Under the pieces are notes generated by a model that was not told where the DNA came from, made no database searches, and saw only the letters and a program-made list of their open reading frames with translations. A DNA stretch of 64,000 bases from an uncultured Ruminiclostridium sp. GTDB taxonomy: Bacteria > Bacillota > Clostridia > Oscillospirales > Oscillospiraceae. Of this stretch, positions 29,001 through 38,125 are shown piece after piece (the stretch's first letter is position 1; each line of letters begins with the position of its first letter). The stretch is taken from positions 206,417 to 270,416 of the forward strand of contig CAYVNT010000002.1 in assembly GCA_964453275.1 (NCBI GenBank), in the 5' to 3' direction. A program made the position numbers and the translations under genes.

Positions 29001-30219
29001 GCTGAATGAATCCAATCAGCTCATCACGGTTTATATCCCAATGCCCAAGTTTGAAGGCACGGATATGCGCGTCCACCGCGTCCATGACGACACGACCGGC
29101 GGCAAGGTTTTTGCCACTTCTTTCCCCCAGGGCGCTTCCAATGCCACGCCTGACGGTGAATATTACACCATCGAAGGCGACTGGATCGTGCTGCACTCCA
29201 AGCTGTTCTCGCTCTATGCCATCACCTACACGCCGAAGAGCACCGGAAACAATACCGGTGGCGGCGGCGGCGGTGGCGGCGGCGGTGGAAACACCACTCC
29301 GAGCAACCCCGACTATGCCGTTAAGCCTGAAAAAGACCCCTCAAATGGCAGCGTCAACAGCAACAAAGACACCGCCAAAGCAGGTGACACCGTCACCATC
29401 ACAACCAAGCCCGACAATGGCTTCGTGCTTGACGACCTGGTCGTCATTGATAAGTACGGCAACAAAGTCCCCGTCAAAGACAACGGCAACGGCACATACA
29501 CCTTTACCATGCCCAAGAGTGATGTCACCGTCAAACCCATTTACCGTGAGCGTCTGAGCCCGCTGGAGAAAACCGGCGTTGACAGACTGCTCAACACCGA
29601 CGACCACATCCTCTACTTAATCGGCGATAACTTCGGTCAATTCCGCCCGAACGCAAACATGACCCGCGCGGAAGTGGCGCAGATGTTCTTCCGTCTGCTG
29701 CGCGATCAGAATGTCGCCATCACGAAAAGCTTCAGCGATGTGCCCGGCGATGCTTGGTACTCGCATGCGGTCCAGACAATGGCCAGCCTTGGCATCGTCG
29801 AGGGCTACCAGGGCAACTTCCGCCCGAACGCTCCTGTTACCCGTGCTGAATTCACCGCCATCGCCATGCGCTTTGCCAATGCCAACGACGGCAAGGCAAA
29901 CTTCAGCGATGTGCCGGCCAGCCACTGGGCCTATGGCGCCATCGGTCAGGCCTGCGCTTACGGCTGGATCAACGGTATGCCGGACGGCACCTTCCGCCCG
30001 GATGAGCAGATCACCCGCGCACAGGTCACGCGCATTGTCAACGGTATGCTCCTGCGTATCGCGGACGAAGCGTATATCAAAGCGCAGCTGTCTACCCTGC
30101 TCATCTTCCCCGATGCAGCAGATCAGCAGTACTGGGCCTGGCTCGACATCGTCGAGGCCACCAACGCGCATGACTTTACGCGTGACGGTCGTGAAACCTG
30201 GACCGGTGTACGCAAGTAA
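23017..30219 (+). CDS. Giant SLH-anchored surface protein (about 2400 aa) with Pro/Glu repeats, Ig/Fn3-like repeats and a poly-Gly linker
   Basis: Start at ATG after GGAGG; signal peptide; three YYxHxYVWDxAGN repeats; C-terminal SLH x3 (FRPNANMTRAEV, FRPNAPVTRAEF, FRPDEQITRAQV). Confidence 0.9.
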   Translation: MNIYKHKTGSRAVAFLLSVFLLCSMLPISSLAANTEDKVDRLIAAFDTLDVSFSKAADGVYEQTVALRTPLDRLGLPDTLTVCLLSEQLDEDNKPEAPKPEDSAPEAPKPENPAPEAPKPENPAPEAPKPENPAPEAPKPENPAPETPKPENPAPETPKPEVTTPDAPKVDGAPTTEGEKLPSPEINEVQKISLFAQAGNLLQTFQSEKISVRWEATPSYDGEAGTYLFQPVLPAGYQVADNVTLPEVRIIVEDTPCTCIITCTSNDVADCARCANDFTKCKSIFNPFDLNPMTFLTGKPLSKKFRSGPVVADKADFDVFISADPNHDPDADVMSGKIQGYLNQLIQNGGGGKTSRFQTEATKVVIDTTDLTKWYLFDHYDNQHFTSDNGTTFDKAEWEKWIKTREDTKGTLPAHWYPYGLQNNEGHDGNAPAGSAPTNIEELYGTPENPGPNWGNTAYLREHIATAIETVNGASLPAMQFYGYFAGLFADFLFYPADKASTKKVTFDVDANNVLPHSLRYAGFLINTSIENKGTSGATISGYALVLEYGPINQDATVAVNSITGGYLYRLENVNVDDLHAKGIHDGSASVGTLLSGVSAENPESIYDRLLLEQYGNDFWKKSQINLEITSTHLTATISKLDTAGKLTGESTKILDNYKLSKEMPGGGFGPYVDYSVSTQQHTCNITSAYRFSNLKMSFENTGAGGTDSVLSGLAQSDYLNDSGKRFFINLTDPNKSDYTETANQVDLGYLKKMQDENIVLLTDESQTGGKDIFPKTHLGENSKDANNPYDVTDANIQDIYSGTDKTEKLAAKLAWLIYHTNKGNTGDPAIPTETAVPTLKLMDQADWGTPGSTSKQVSTVQREIIPGAAGSKQLKVFLNNDYTVNGLAERAMYSIKLPDNTIKTIADGGDIELKTDTDSGKLYFYVTDQWATGEYAVSLTYNTNPNYELGADPDKKIIKQSQTATTKFTVATDTVKPTVGTPTVGATADNKITATIQVTNTASTGAYTYTSDLAKYAVVVNGTATAPDVSTVTPINITADAPLPSSYTNTTASAPGDYYVHVYVWDAAGNYHVASSAKYTVTTIKGTATAVLHLMDKSGPDNTEITEVKKELIPEDASNKKQMKVYLNGDGSTNGLAGKEVYTIKFPGGTDEKTIKVGGDIELQEDAGKHFFYVENSDAWPAGEYTVSLNYDTNPPYTVNGLEIDSSTPDSTTFTILADKLAPTVTAPTGLNLTADGNITATLGTVTNTAGSDPKSDYASDLTKYAVVLSTDPTPAAANTIPDADKTDVANQTTNPWTSATFTSDAITAAGTYYVHVYVWDKAGNVGTATSTPYTVTAETATAKLSLENKSNWDSTSNLTEVQRELASNPVKVFLNGEGHTNGLAGKEAYTITVPGVVTPKTIKATGGDIDLKTEGGKPYFEVNPTDKTNWPNGSYTVTMTYTTPYGIGGANSGTLVTSCTPANDTFSIKTDNVAPTANKPTLTWSPDSSSFSVDIGATNTPSTDPDTYTSPLAKYLLVVNTEVNAVADPSSLVDSATTITNDTLPSPATVPIGTAGTYYAHLYVWDAAGNVGKDSSAGYTVNLTKKPQTLADGCGNPVTPHEHVLELGKDTSWTLPVSNTTVFDDTTNDVAPDPKVTFALGDATGTLTLTNGTVSPTKLGTTTVIATAAATTTHSAATLTLTIKVVDPLKVKLENANTGTDQFTVTPTKAEGKYPADDGSKKLQYREVGSADWTDVPGWNWNAPIDIPFAGLKPNTQYEVQLTAQDTRPGTPTSASDTTTFTTPPAANQGKIEVDVNDVPKDKPIFVTIERGGTVLDSKSGIGPDPSGNLHFTFDNLPDGIYNIVIKDENGNTRIEKVELKNGNPGNVNVSYEDLAKKETELILDLAGTAAPPKLVVGGLNEQYDNVTNTDDKKGVTVDDMNIIDPPGVPQKGSVKIELKVKGVAESDPNQLHKRDINLIKEKTPGQKFALITDLTLWKTITPPALPSRDPVQLNESNQLITVYIPMPKFEGTDMRVHRVHDDTTGGKVFATSFPQGASNATPDGEYYTIEGDWIVLHSKLFSLYAITYTPKSTGNNTGGGGGGGGGGGNTTPSNPDYAVKPEKDPSNGSVNSNKDTAKAGDTVTITTKPDNGFVLDDLVVIDKYGNKVPVKDNGNGTYTFTMPKSDVTVKPIYRERLSPLEKTGVDRLLNTDDHILYLIGDNFGQFRPNANMTRAEVAQMFFRLLRDQNVAITKSFSDVPGDAWYSHAVQTMASLGIVEGYQGNFRPNAPVTRAEFTAIAMRFANANDGKANFSDVPASHWAYGAIGQACAYGWINGMPDGTFRPDEQITRAQVTRIVNGMLLRIADEAYIKAQLSTLLIFPDAADQQYWAWLDIVEATNAHDFTRDGRETWTGVRK
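23299..23523 (+). repeat. Intragenic 30-bp tandem repeat (PEAPKPENPA) x7.5
   Basis: Seven full units plus a half unit, with synonymous variation between copies. Confidence 0.95.
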
Positions 30220-30259
30220 GTGCACGTTCCCGCAAGATCCGCAGCAATCTAATCTGCAG

Positions 30260-30300
30260 CGCCCACTCCAAGCTAAACAACGCTTGGAGTGGGCGTTTTT
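30260..30300 (+). terminator. Intrinsic terminator
   Basis: CGCCCACTCCAAGC-N8-GCTTGGAGTGGGCG-TTTTT. Confidence 0.9.
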
Positions 30301-30480
30301 TATGCCTTTTGCGCTACCGCTGCGCCACACTGAACTTCGCTCGTCCCTTTCTATGCCCGAAGAAATCATTTGTTATTTTGCAGTAAGTCCCCTCTTATGA
30401 AATTACAATCAATCTTTCTTGCAAAAATAGAGGCTCATTTTTTCATTGCAGCGATTAAATTTCTTCATGTTTGAATTGAT

Positions 30481-30518
30481 AAACCGCGATTGACTTTCAA
30501 TCGCGGTTTCGTTATACT
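30481..30518 (+). promoter_or_regulatory. Promoter with an overlapping 12-bp inverted repeat (probable TetR operator)
   Basis: AAACCGCGATTG-N5-CAATCGCGGTTT overlapping TTGACT-17-TATACT. Confidence 0.65.
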
Positions 30519-30580
30519 CAACATAACTTCAGGGGGAATTAGAGCGAAAAATAAACAAAAACGCAAAAGGATGTGAATAT

Positions 30581-31288
30581 ATGACGAAACAAGAGCGGCT
30601 TTCCATGAAACTTGCGGAGGCGAGTCAGTGCCGCAGACAGCTTCGAATCGACCGAACGAAGAAGTTGTTCATAGAAGCCGCTTATGAATTAATACAAGAG
30701 CACGGGTTGCAAAATATCAGCATTCGCAAACTGGCGGACGTCACCGGCTACGGCACGGCAACCCTGTACAGCTATTTTCAGGATTTGGACGAGTTGATCA
30801 TCTTCGCCTCCATCAAGAACAGGCGCGAATACCTTCTACGCTTAAGCCGAGAGATACACAACAACATGACCTCTCTGGAACAGTACGAAAAACTGTACGA
30901 GGTTTTCAATGTCTATTCCTTCGCTGCACCCAGCCTGTATCTGAATATGTACTTCGGCACGCATGCCGAGCACATCGGTGAGATTCTAAACAACTACTAC
31001 GCACTCTATCCCGAAGAGGAAACCGCGCTCCCCCCTTTTTTATTCGAGGCCTTGCAGCAAAGAAATCTCTTTCTCTGCGATCAAGTGTTCACACGCCGCT
31101 TGGCACAGGATGGTTTCATTCTACCGGAACATATCGAAATGGTGGCCGAAATCATCGTGCGCGTACAAGAAACCCTGATGTATGAGATTGCAGTCCACCC
31201 ACATCTGGACCCTGAAGCGCAGAATCAAAAGTTTATGAGTATGTTCCATCATGTCATTCAAAGTAACGCGCCACCGAAAGAAGCCTGA
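30581..31288 (+). CDS. TetR/AcrR family regulator
   Basis: GLQNISIRKLADVTGYGTATLYSYFQDLDEL. Confidence 0.9.
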   Translation: MTKQERLSMKLAEASQCRRQLRIDRTKKLFIEAAYELIQEHGLQNISIRKLADVTGYGTATLYSYFQDLDELIIFASIKNRREYLLRLSREIHNNMTSLEQYEKLYEVFNVYSFAAPSLYLNMYFGTHAEHIGEILNNYYALYPEEETALPPFLFEALQQRNLFLCDQVFTRRLAQDGFILPEHIEMVAEIIVRVQETLMYEIAVHPHLDPEAQNQKFMSMFHHVIQSNAPPKEA

Positions 31289-31326
31289 CCAGAACTGGCC
31301 CCGGCCGTTCTCACAACAAAAAGGAG

Positions 31327-32352
31327 ATGACCGTTATGACAAACATGAAAAAACTTGGTAGCTTGGTTCTCACAATCGCCCTTCTCTGTGCCCTGCTCAG
31401 CGCTTGCGGCGACAAGAAGACCGGATCAGACGGTACAAGCAAGGAAATTGTCATCGGACATGTGTACAGCGAAACCCACAACGTCAATGTCGCCTGTAAG
31501 GAATTCAAAGAGTACGTCGAGCGCGAATCCGGTGGAAGCCTGACCGTGAACATTCAGGCGAACAGTCTGCTCGGCGGCGACGAGGATATGCTCGAAATGT
31601 GCGCCGTCGGCACTGTGACTTTAATGACGCCCTCGGTTGCTTCCATGGAAATGTATTCTACCGACTGGTCCATCGTCAGCCTTCCCTATCTCTACGACAG
31701 CGCCGAAGGCATGTATGCCGCGTTGGACGGCGACCTGGGCGATTACCTCAAAGGCACGCTCAAAGATACCGAATATGTCGCCCTGGGCTTTAACTCCAAC
31801 GGCATTCGCAACATGTCCAATAATGTCCGCCCCATCACAAAGGTCGCTGACCTAAAGGGCATCAAAATGCGCGTGATGAACAACCCAACCTATGTCAAGT
31901 GGATGAATGCCCTCGGCGCCAACGCCACCCCCATGGGATTCAACGAAGTGTTCACCGGCCTGCAGCAGGGTACCGTACAGGGCCAGGAGAACTCCGCTTC
32001 TCTGGTCTACGAGAGCAAGTTCAATGAAGTACAGAAGTATTACAGCATCACCGAGCATGTTTATGACATGAACGCCATCATCGCCAACCGTGCTTTTTAT
32101 GAGAGCCTGACCGATCAGGAAAAGGAAATCTTTGATTACGCGCTTGAGGAATACCTGGTCAAGCACCAGCGTCAGATGGAGGCCGATTCCAATGCCGACT
32201 ACATCAAGAAAATTGAAGACAGCGGCACAGCCATCAACTATCTCAAGGACGAGGACAAGGCAGGCTTCCGCACGGCGCTCGAAGGTGTTTACGCCGAGTC
32301 CCGCGAGAGCTTAGGCGCAGAGATCTGGTCTCTGGTCGAAAAGTATCAGTAA
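31327..32352 (+). CDS. dctP: TRAP transporter substrate-binding lipoprotein
   Basis: Lipobox LLSAC; DLKGIKMRVM, NATPMGFNEVFTGLQQGTVQGQEN. Confidence 0.93.
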   Translation: MTVMTNMKKLGSLVLTIALLCALLSACGDKKTGSDGTSKEIVIGHVYSETHNVNVACKEFKEYVERESGGSLTVNIQANSLLGGDEDMLEMCAVGTVTLMTPSVASMEMYSTDWSIVSLPYLYDSAEGMYAALDGDLGDYLKGTLKDTEYVALGFNSNGIRNMSNNVRPITKVADLKGIKMRVMNNPTYVKWMNALGANATPMGFNEVFTGLQQGTVQGQENSASLVYESKFNEVQKYYSITEHVYDMNAIIANRAFYESLTDQEKEIFDYALEEYLVKHQRQMEADSNADYIKKIEDSGTAINYLKDEDKAGFRTALEGVYAESRESLGAEIWSLVEKYQ

Positions 32353-32465
32353 GAAGGACACCGTCAGCGCGTAGAGCATCCTAAACGCTGCACAGGTGCC
32401 CGACAGACCAGGCACCTGTGCAGGAGAAAAACCCTTGCGCGATGATATCTTATGGAGGGAGCGCC

Positions 32466-33008
32466 ATGAACACCTTAAAAAAACTTGCCCATGTCTACAA
32501 CAAGCTCGAGGAATACGCCTTGGTTTATACCCTGGTTTTTAGCGTCATCATCATTTCCTTACAAGTCATCATGCGTTCTTTCTTCAACTCCTCCCTCTCT
32601 TGGAGCGAAGAAGCCGCCAAGTATCTCTTTGTCTGGCTGATTTGGCTTGGCACCAGTATTGCAGCAAAGGATCAATCTCATATTTCACTTGAAATTGTCA
32701 GCGGACGGCTGCGTGGCAGGGTCAAAACGGTCATAGCCATCCTCGTAAAACTCATTTGGGTGAGCATGTGCATTTTCCTCCTCGTCAACGGCATTGAAAT
32801 CGTGCAATCTATGATTGGGCGCGGTAAAACGGCCTCGGCCATGAGCTGGCTCAAGGTTTGGGTTGTGTATTTGGCCATCCCCGTGAGTCAAGGCGTTTTG
32901 AGCATTCGCATCCTATCTCAAATGGTTCAGGATATTAAAAACCTGATTCACCCTGAAAAACCCACGATAGAACCTATAACCGAAGCGACGGGAGGGGACG
33001 AGTTATGA
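32466..33008 (+). CDS. dctQ: TRAP transporter small permease
   Basis: QVIMRSFFNSSLSWSEEAAKYLFVWLIWLG, HISLE. Confidence 0.92.
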   Translation: MNTLKKLAHVYNKLEEYALVYTLVFSVIIISLQVIMRSFFNSSLSWSEEAAKYLFVWLIWLGTSIAAKDQSHISLEIVSGRLRGRVKTVIAILVKLIWVSMCIFLLVNGIEIVQSMIGRGKTASAMSWLKVWVVYLAIPVSQGVLSIRILSQMVQDIKNLIHPEKPTIEPITEATGGDEL

Positions 33009-34294
33009 CACAAATTGTTGTTCTATTCGTACTGTTCATTGGCCTGATCATGATCGGCGTGCCGATTGGCTACTCCATCGCCATCGCTACGGTCGCCATC
33101 TTGGCCCTGTTTACGAATACCTCTCTCACGCTGGTCACGCAGTCGTGCGTGACGGGTGTGAACTCCTTCCCGCTCATGGCCATCCCCTTCTTTATCCTTG
33201 CCGGAAATCTCATGAGCACGGGGGGCGTGGCAAAGCGAATCGTCAAATTTGCCAATACGCTCATCGGCTGGATCCCCGGCGGCCTGAGCCTGGTCAACAC
33301 CGCGGCCTGTATGTTTTTCGCGGCCATCTCCGGTTCTGCGATGGCAACGACCTCGGCCATCGGCGCCATTATGGTGCCGGAAATGGAAAAAGAGGGCTAT
33401 GACCGCTCCTTCTCGGCCTCCCTGTCTGCCTCGGCTGGTTCGATTGGCGTCATTATCCCGCCTTCGATTCCCTTTGTGATCTATGCCGTCGTGGTCGGTG
33501 CATCGGTCAGCGACCTGTTTATTGCCGGCATCGTGCCCGGTATCATGATGGGTGTTGCCATCATGATCGCCTGTTTGATCATGTGCCGCAAATATGGTTT
33601 TGTCGGCAAAACGGCGAAACCCACCTTGCGCACACTGGGCCGCTCCTTCCTCGATGCCTTCTGGGCACTGATGACACCGGTCATCATCTTGGGTGGTATT
33701 TACGGCGGTATCTTCACCCCCACCGAAGCCGCTGTTGTGGCGATCCTCTATTCCATTTTCGTCAGTATGGTCATTTACCGCGAAATGAAATGGCGCGACC
33801 TGTATCAGGCTTTTTTGAACAGCGTCAAGCTCAACGGCATCATCACCTTCATGGTTGGTACGGCCACGGGTTTTGCCAGCTATCTGGCGCTCAAGCAGAT
33901 CCCCGCCATGCTCGCGACGCTGTTGGTCAGCATCACGGATAACAAATTCCTGTTGCTTCTGATCATCAATATCTTCCTGCTCGCCCTGGGCTGCCTCATG
34001 GACAACATCCCCGCCACCATCATCCTGGCCCCCATCCTGCTGCCGGTTGTCATGCAGGTCGGTATGAGCCCCATCACCTTTGGCGTGATGCTTACTATGA
34101 ACCTTGCCATCGGTTTTGTTACCCCGCCATACGGCTCGAATCTCTTTGTGGCGGCCTCGGTCTCCGGCGTCAAACTCGAGAGTATGCTCAAGTATACGGT
34201 CTGGTTCATCGTCGCACTGCTGGCCGTGCTCATGCTGACGACCTATGTTCCCTTCTTCACAGAAGGCATCGTGAACTTGGTCAAGGCTGGATGA
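33005..34294 (+). CDS. dctM: TRAP transporter large permease
   Basis: FPLMAIPFFILAG, FFAAISGSA, IIPPSIP, GIFTPTEAA, TPPYG. Confidence 0.95.
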   Translation: MTQIVVLFVLFIGLIMIGVPIGYSIAIATVAILALFTNTSLTLVTQSCVTGVNSFPLMAIPFFILAGNLMSTGGVAKRIVKFANTLIGWIPGGLSLVNTAACMFFAAISGSAMATTSAIGAIMVPEMEKEGYDRSFSASLSASAGSIGVIIPPSIPFVIYAVVVGASVSDLFIAGIVPGIMMGVAIMIACLIMCRKYGFVGKTAKPTLRTLGRSFLDAFWALMTPVIILGGIYGGIFTPTEAAVVAILYSIFVSMVIYREMKWRDLYQAFLNSVKLNGIITFMVGTATGFASYLALKQIPAMLATLLVSITDNKFLLLLIINIFLLALGCLMDNIPATIILAPILLPVVMQVGMSPITFGVMLTMNLAIGFVTPPYGSNLFVAASVSGVKLESMLKYTVWFIVALLAVLMLTTYVPFFTEGIVNLVKAG

Positions 34295-34444
34295 GCACCC
34301 TCAAAAGTAGTATCAAACAGGGGACTTTCGCTCAAATCCTCCAAAACATATCCCTCTCTCCCCCCCTGTATGATAAGTCTCTCCCAGAACAAGCCTGTCG
34401 GGATCTCCGACGGGCCTGTTCTTTTTCATCTGAGCGGTCACAAC

Positions 34445-34479
34445 AAAAAACTTCCCCCGCACGATAAGTGCGGGGGAAG
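34445..34479 (-). terminator. Terminator of the CoA-transferase gene
   Basis: CTTCCCCCGCAC-N5-GTGCGGGGGAAG with an A-tract on the plus strand. Confidence 0.85.
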
Positions 34480-34491
34480 TGAAAGAAAGGC

Positions 34492-35775
34492 TCAATACGC
34501 CCGTTTAAACTTCTTTTCATAAGCTTCCTTGAGCGAATCGCGAAAGCTTGGGTGGGCAATCTCGATGAGGCTGCGGGCGCGTTCGGAAAGGCTGCGGCCG
34601 CGCATATCGGCAATGCCATATTCAGTGACAATATAGTGCGATTCAAAGCGCGAGAGCGTCACTGGCCGTCCGGCCTCCAGCTCCGGCGTGATGCGTGAAG
34701 CCGTGCCGCCCGCCGCCGTGGACGGCATGGCGATGATGGAAATGCCACCCTCCGAGAAGGACGCCCCACGGATGAAATCCACAAAGCCACCCGCGCCGCT
34801 GTGATGGCGCGAAGCGCTCACTGTATCGGCACAAACCTGGCCCATAAAATCGACGCTGATGGCAGAGTTGATCGAAACCACATCGGGATTCTTGGCAATG
34901 ACCATCGGATTGTTGACGTAGTCCACCGGATACACTTCAATGCCGGGATTGTTGTTTGCGTATTGATACAGGCTTTCGGAACCGTAGAGGAAGGTCACGA
35001 CAGAGACATCCTTATGCAGCAGCTTGCGGCTGTTGTTGACGTTGCCCTTCTCGATCAAAGGCAGGATTCCATCCATCAACATTTCTGAGTGGATACCCAA
35101 ATCGTTCTTCTCATTCAAATAGGCCAAGACGGCATTGGGAATGGCCCCGATACCCAATTGCAAACAAGCGCCATCACGAATCAGCGAGGCACAGTGCGCA
35201 CCAATCTGCACTTCGACCTCTGAGCTCTCGGTGGGTGGGAGATAGAACAAAGGTTCGTCATAACAAACGGCGAAGTCAATGTCATCCATGTGGATCAGGC
35301 TGTCGCCAAAGGTGCGCGGCATCCACTTGTTGACCTGGGCAATGACGATCTTGGCGCTCTCCGTCGCCGCCTTGGTGTAGTCCACGGTGACTCCGTATGT
35401 ACAAAAGCCCTTTTCATCCGGCGGCGAGACGGTGATCATGGCAACATCCACCGGGAGCGCGCCGCTGCGAAACAGACGCGGCGATTCAAAGAAAAAGTTT
35501 GGGGTAAACTCCGCCCTTGCTTCCGTGACCGCCTTACGGCTGCCGGGACCGGCAAAGAGAGAATTGTGGCGGAAATGCCCGGCCATCTCCGGCGCGCAGT
35601 ACGGACAGGGCCCCAAGGCCAGCATATGGCAAATCTCGACATTGCGATACGCGGCATAATTGTCCATCATGGCCTGAACCAAATGTTGCGGCTCACCGAC
35701 GCTGTGCGCCAGCACAACGCGGTCACCAGACTGAATATGAGATACTGCTTCCTTTGCTGTCACATAGTTTGCCAT
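34492..35775 (-). CDS. Acetyl-CoA hydrolase/transferase family (4-hydroxybutyrate CoA-transferase-like)
   Basis: LQLGIGAIPNAV, LGIHSEM (catalytic Glu), SGAGGFVDF, IVTEYGIADMRG. Confidence 0.9.
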   Translation of the reverse strand: MANYVTAKEAVSHIQSGDRVVLAHSVGEPQHLVQAMMDNYAAYRNVEICHMLALGPCPYCAPEMAGHFRHNSLFAGPGSRKAVTEARAEFTPNFFFESPRLFRSGALPVDVAMITVSPPDEKGFCTYGVTVDYTKAATESAKIVIAQVNKWMPRTFGDSLIHMDDIDFAVCYDEPLFYLPPTESSEVEVQIGAHCASLIRDGACLQLGIGAIPNAVLAYLNEKNDLGIHSEMLMDGILPLIEKGNVNNSRKLLHKDVSVVTFLYGSESLYQYANNNPGIEVYPVDYVNNPMVIAKNPDVVSINSAISVDFMGQVCADTVSASRHHSGAGGFVDFIRGASFSEGGISIIAMPSTAAGGTASRITPELEAGRPVTLSRFESHYIVTEYGIADMRGRSLSERARSLIEIAHPSFRDSLKEAYEKKFKRAY

Positions 35776-35944
35776 TGTTCTACCACTCCTGTTTGTGATT
35801 TAAAGGGCCGCATGCAGGCAGTTGATACCCTTTATTCATAGTATAAAGTCACAAAAGGAATAAGTAAAACTACAAAAATCGAAGCATAATATGAAAAATT
35901 TGCATAGACGAAACGCTTACAGCCGAACAGAAGGAGGAGCCCAT

Positions 35945-36832
35945 ATGAGCATCCGAAAATACGAGATTTTTTTAAAGACTGTCGATCTGGGCAGTCTCAC
36001 CAAGGCCTCGCAAATACTGGGCTACACCCAGTCCGCCTTGAGCCATATGATCGCAGGCCTGGAGGACGAGTGGGGCCTGAAACTGCTCATCCGCAACCGC
36101 ACGGGAGTGAGCTTGACCGACGACGGTCGCCGCCTGCTGCCCGCCATACGCAAGGTCTGTCAAGAAAATCAAGCGCTTTTTCAGCAAGTGAGTGAAATCC
36201 ATGACTTGCAAACGGGCAGCCTGCGTATCGGTACGATCCTCAGCGTATCCACGCACCTGCTGCCTGATCTGATTTACACCTTTTTGGAAAAACATCCCGA
36301 TATTGATTTTGAGCTTCTCCAGGGCAATTATGACGACATCACGCAGTGGATCAGCGAAAACAGAATCGACTGCGGCTTCTTACGCCTGCCCACAGATGAG
36401 AGCTTTGACACCATATTGATGGTGCGCGAAAAGTTTATGGCCATCTTTCCGGCGGATCGTGTGGTAGATGACCTGGTCTTTCGTTTTGAACATGTCAAAG
36501 AGGAACCGTACATCCTGCGCCCGGACACCTTAGACGGTGAGCTGAGCAAGTTTCTCAAAAATGCGTCCTATCAGCCCAAAATCACCTATTCCGCCAAAGA
36601 CGACTTCGCCGTCATGGCGATGGTGGAAAAGGGGCTGGGTATGAGCATTCTACCCGAATTGTTGATGAAGGACACCGCCTATCGGCTGAAAAAAGTGGAA
36701 TTAGATCCACCCATCTACCGTGAAATCTGCCTGGCCTACAAAAATACACAGTCGCTCTCCCCTGTTGCGCGCGCGTGGATCCGCCACGTCAAAGAAGAAA
36801 CCAACAAACGTCTTGCGCCGCCGGATGTTTAA
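35945..36832 (+). CDS. LysR family regulator, divergent from the CoA-transferase
   Basis: GSLTKASQILGYTQSALSHMIAGLEDEWG...LTDDG. Confidence 0.93.
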   Translation: MSIRKYEIFLKTVDLGSLTKASQILGYTQSALSHMIAGLEDEWGLKLLIRNRTGVSLTDDGRRLLPAIRKVCQENQALFQQVSEIHDLQTGSLRIGTILSVSTHLLPDLIYTFLEKHPDIDFELLQGNYDDITQWISENRIDCGFLRLPTDESFDTILMVREKFMAIFPADRVVDDLVFRFEHVKEEPYILRPDTLDGELSKFLKNASYQPKITYSAKDDFAVMAMVEKGLGMSILPELLMKDTAYRLKKVELDPPIYREICLAYKNTQSLSPVARAWIRHVKEETNKRLAPPDV

Positions 36833-36870
36833 CCCCATGCCATTGGGCCCTATCAACGGATGCCTTGATT

Positions 36871-37173
36871 TCAATACTGTTTGACTAGCGTTGATATCAG
36901 CGCCTTACAAGTATTCATTTGGATACAGGCATAAAACTGATCCGTCACTGCTTTGCCTTGTCCCACTGTTGTGGCGTTGTGGGCATCTTCCTCTGTTTCC
37001 CAAAGTACAAAATCAGTCCAAGTATCACCCTGCAGATATTGTTGCCAAGAAATAAAGCCTTTTGCTTTCGAGATGACCTCATCGTGCAAGTTTCTTGTCG
37101 CCTCTATAAAATCATCTTGCGTAACATTCTTTTTCAGTTTAAACGAGAAATTCCATACAGCTTTTGGCATCAT
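36871..37173 (-). CDS. Small dimeric alpha/beta-barrel (ABM-like) protein
   Basis: FKLKKNV..DDF, KAKGFIS, DFVLWETEEDA; GGAGG RBS. Confidence 0.55.
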   Translation of the reverse strand: MMPKAVWNFSFKLKKNVTQDDFIEATRNLHDEVISKAKGFISWQQYLQGDTWTDFVLWETEEDAHNATTVGQGKAVTDQFYACIQMNTCKALISTLVKQY

Positions 37174-37379
37174 GCAAACCTCCTTTTTGATTCAGTGTAT
37201 CTCATAGAAGCTGACAACAGCACGTCATGTTTGTGCGAGAATTTTCCTCCCGACCTGTGACTGCAAGGGACTTTTTTATTGCGCAGCAATAAAAAATGCC
37301 ATGTCGGCGTCCCGCCGACGGCTAGAATCCAAGGCATGGCCGCAGAGCGGCCATATGCCGTAAAAAATAGCTGTATCAG

Positions 37380-37967
37380 CTATTTTTGATTTTGCGCAGC
37401 GGCCATCAGCACGGGCGGGAGTGAGGTGCGAATAAACATCGCTATATGCTCGGACGTGATATAGCTGACTTCACGGTTGCTTTTTGCCTGGATCCATTCG
37501 ACAAGCATGCCGGCAATCGCTTCGGTATACACGAGGGTAAGAAATCTTTCGTAGTCTTCTTTGATCGTGATGCCAAGCTTTTGTGCGCCAAACTTCAACT
37601 GTGTGCCGATTACCTTATGGAAATCAGCGACAAAAAATCGCTTTAGACCTTCTCGGCCAATGCCATCTAAGGCACAGTTTAAAATATGTTTATTCTCTGC
37701 CACATACTGCATGACAAACTCAATGGCATCCTCTAAATTCAACAGCAGATCAAAATTTTGAACGACCTCAATGACGTCTTGTTCCAGCATCCATTGCAGC
37801 AGTGCATAGATATCTTCAAAATGATAATAAAACGTTTTTCTGTTCAAGTTGCATGCTTCGATGAGCTCACGAACAGTTACTTTAGAGATGACCTTTTCGG
37901 TCATCTTTTTTTTCAGAGCATTCGCAAGGGCAAGCTTTGTCTGAAGCGCTTTTTCTTCTTGTTTCAT
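37380..37967 (-). CDS. TetR family regulator (TetR_C_8-like C-terminus)
   Basis: VTVRELIEACNLNRKTFYYHFEDIYALL. Confidence 0.9.
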   Translation of the reverse strand: MKQEEKALQTKLALANALKKKMTEKVISKVTVRELIEACNLNRKTFYYHFEDIYALLQWMLEQDVIEVVQNFDLLLNLEDAIEFVMQYVAENKHILNCALDGIGREGLKRFFVADFHKVIGTQLKFGAQKLGITIKEDYERFLTLVYTEAIAGMLVEWIQAKSNREVSYITSEHIAMFIRTSLPPVLMAAAQNQK

Positions 37968-38125
37968 ACGGCCACCTCCATGATGAAAAGTATACCACGC
38001 TTGTCCGGTCATTGCAAACGCCCATCAATGTGATATCTTTTGTCCGGTTTTACTCATTCGCATGATATTTGACCGTTTTTTTCCCCTCCGCACTGCCGTA
38101 AGATGTGTGCAAAGGAGGGGTTCCA

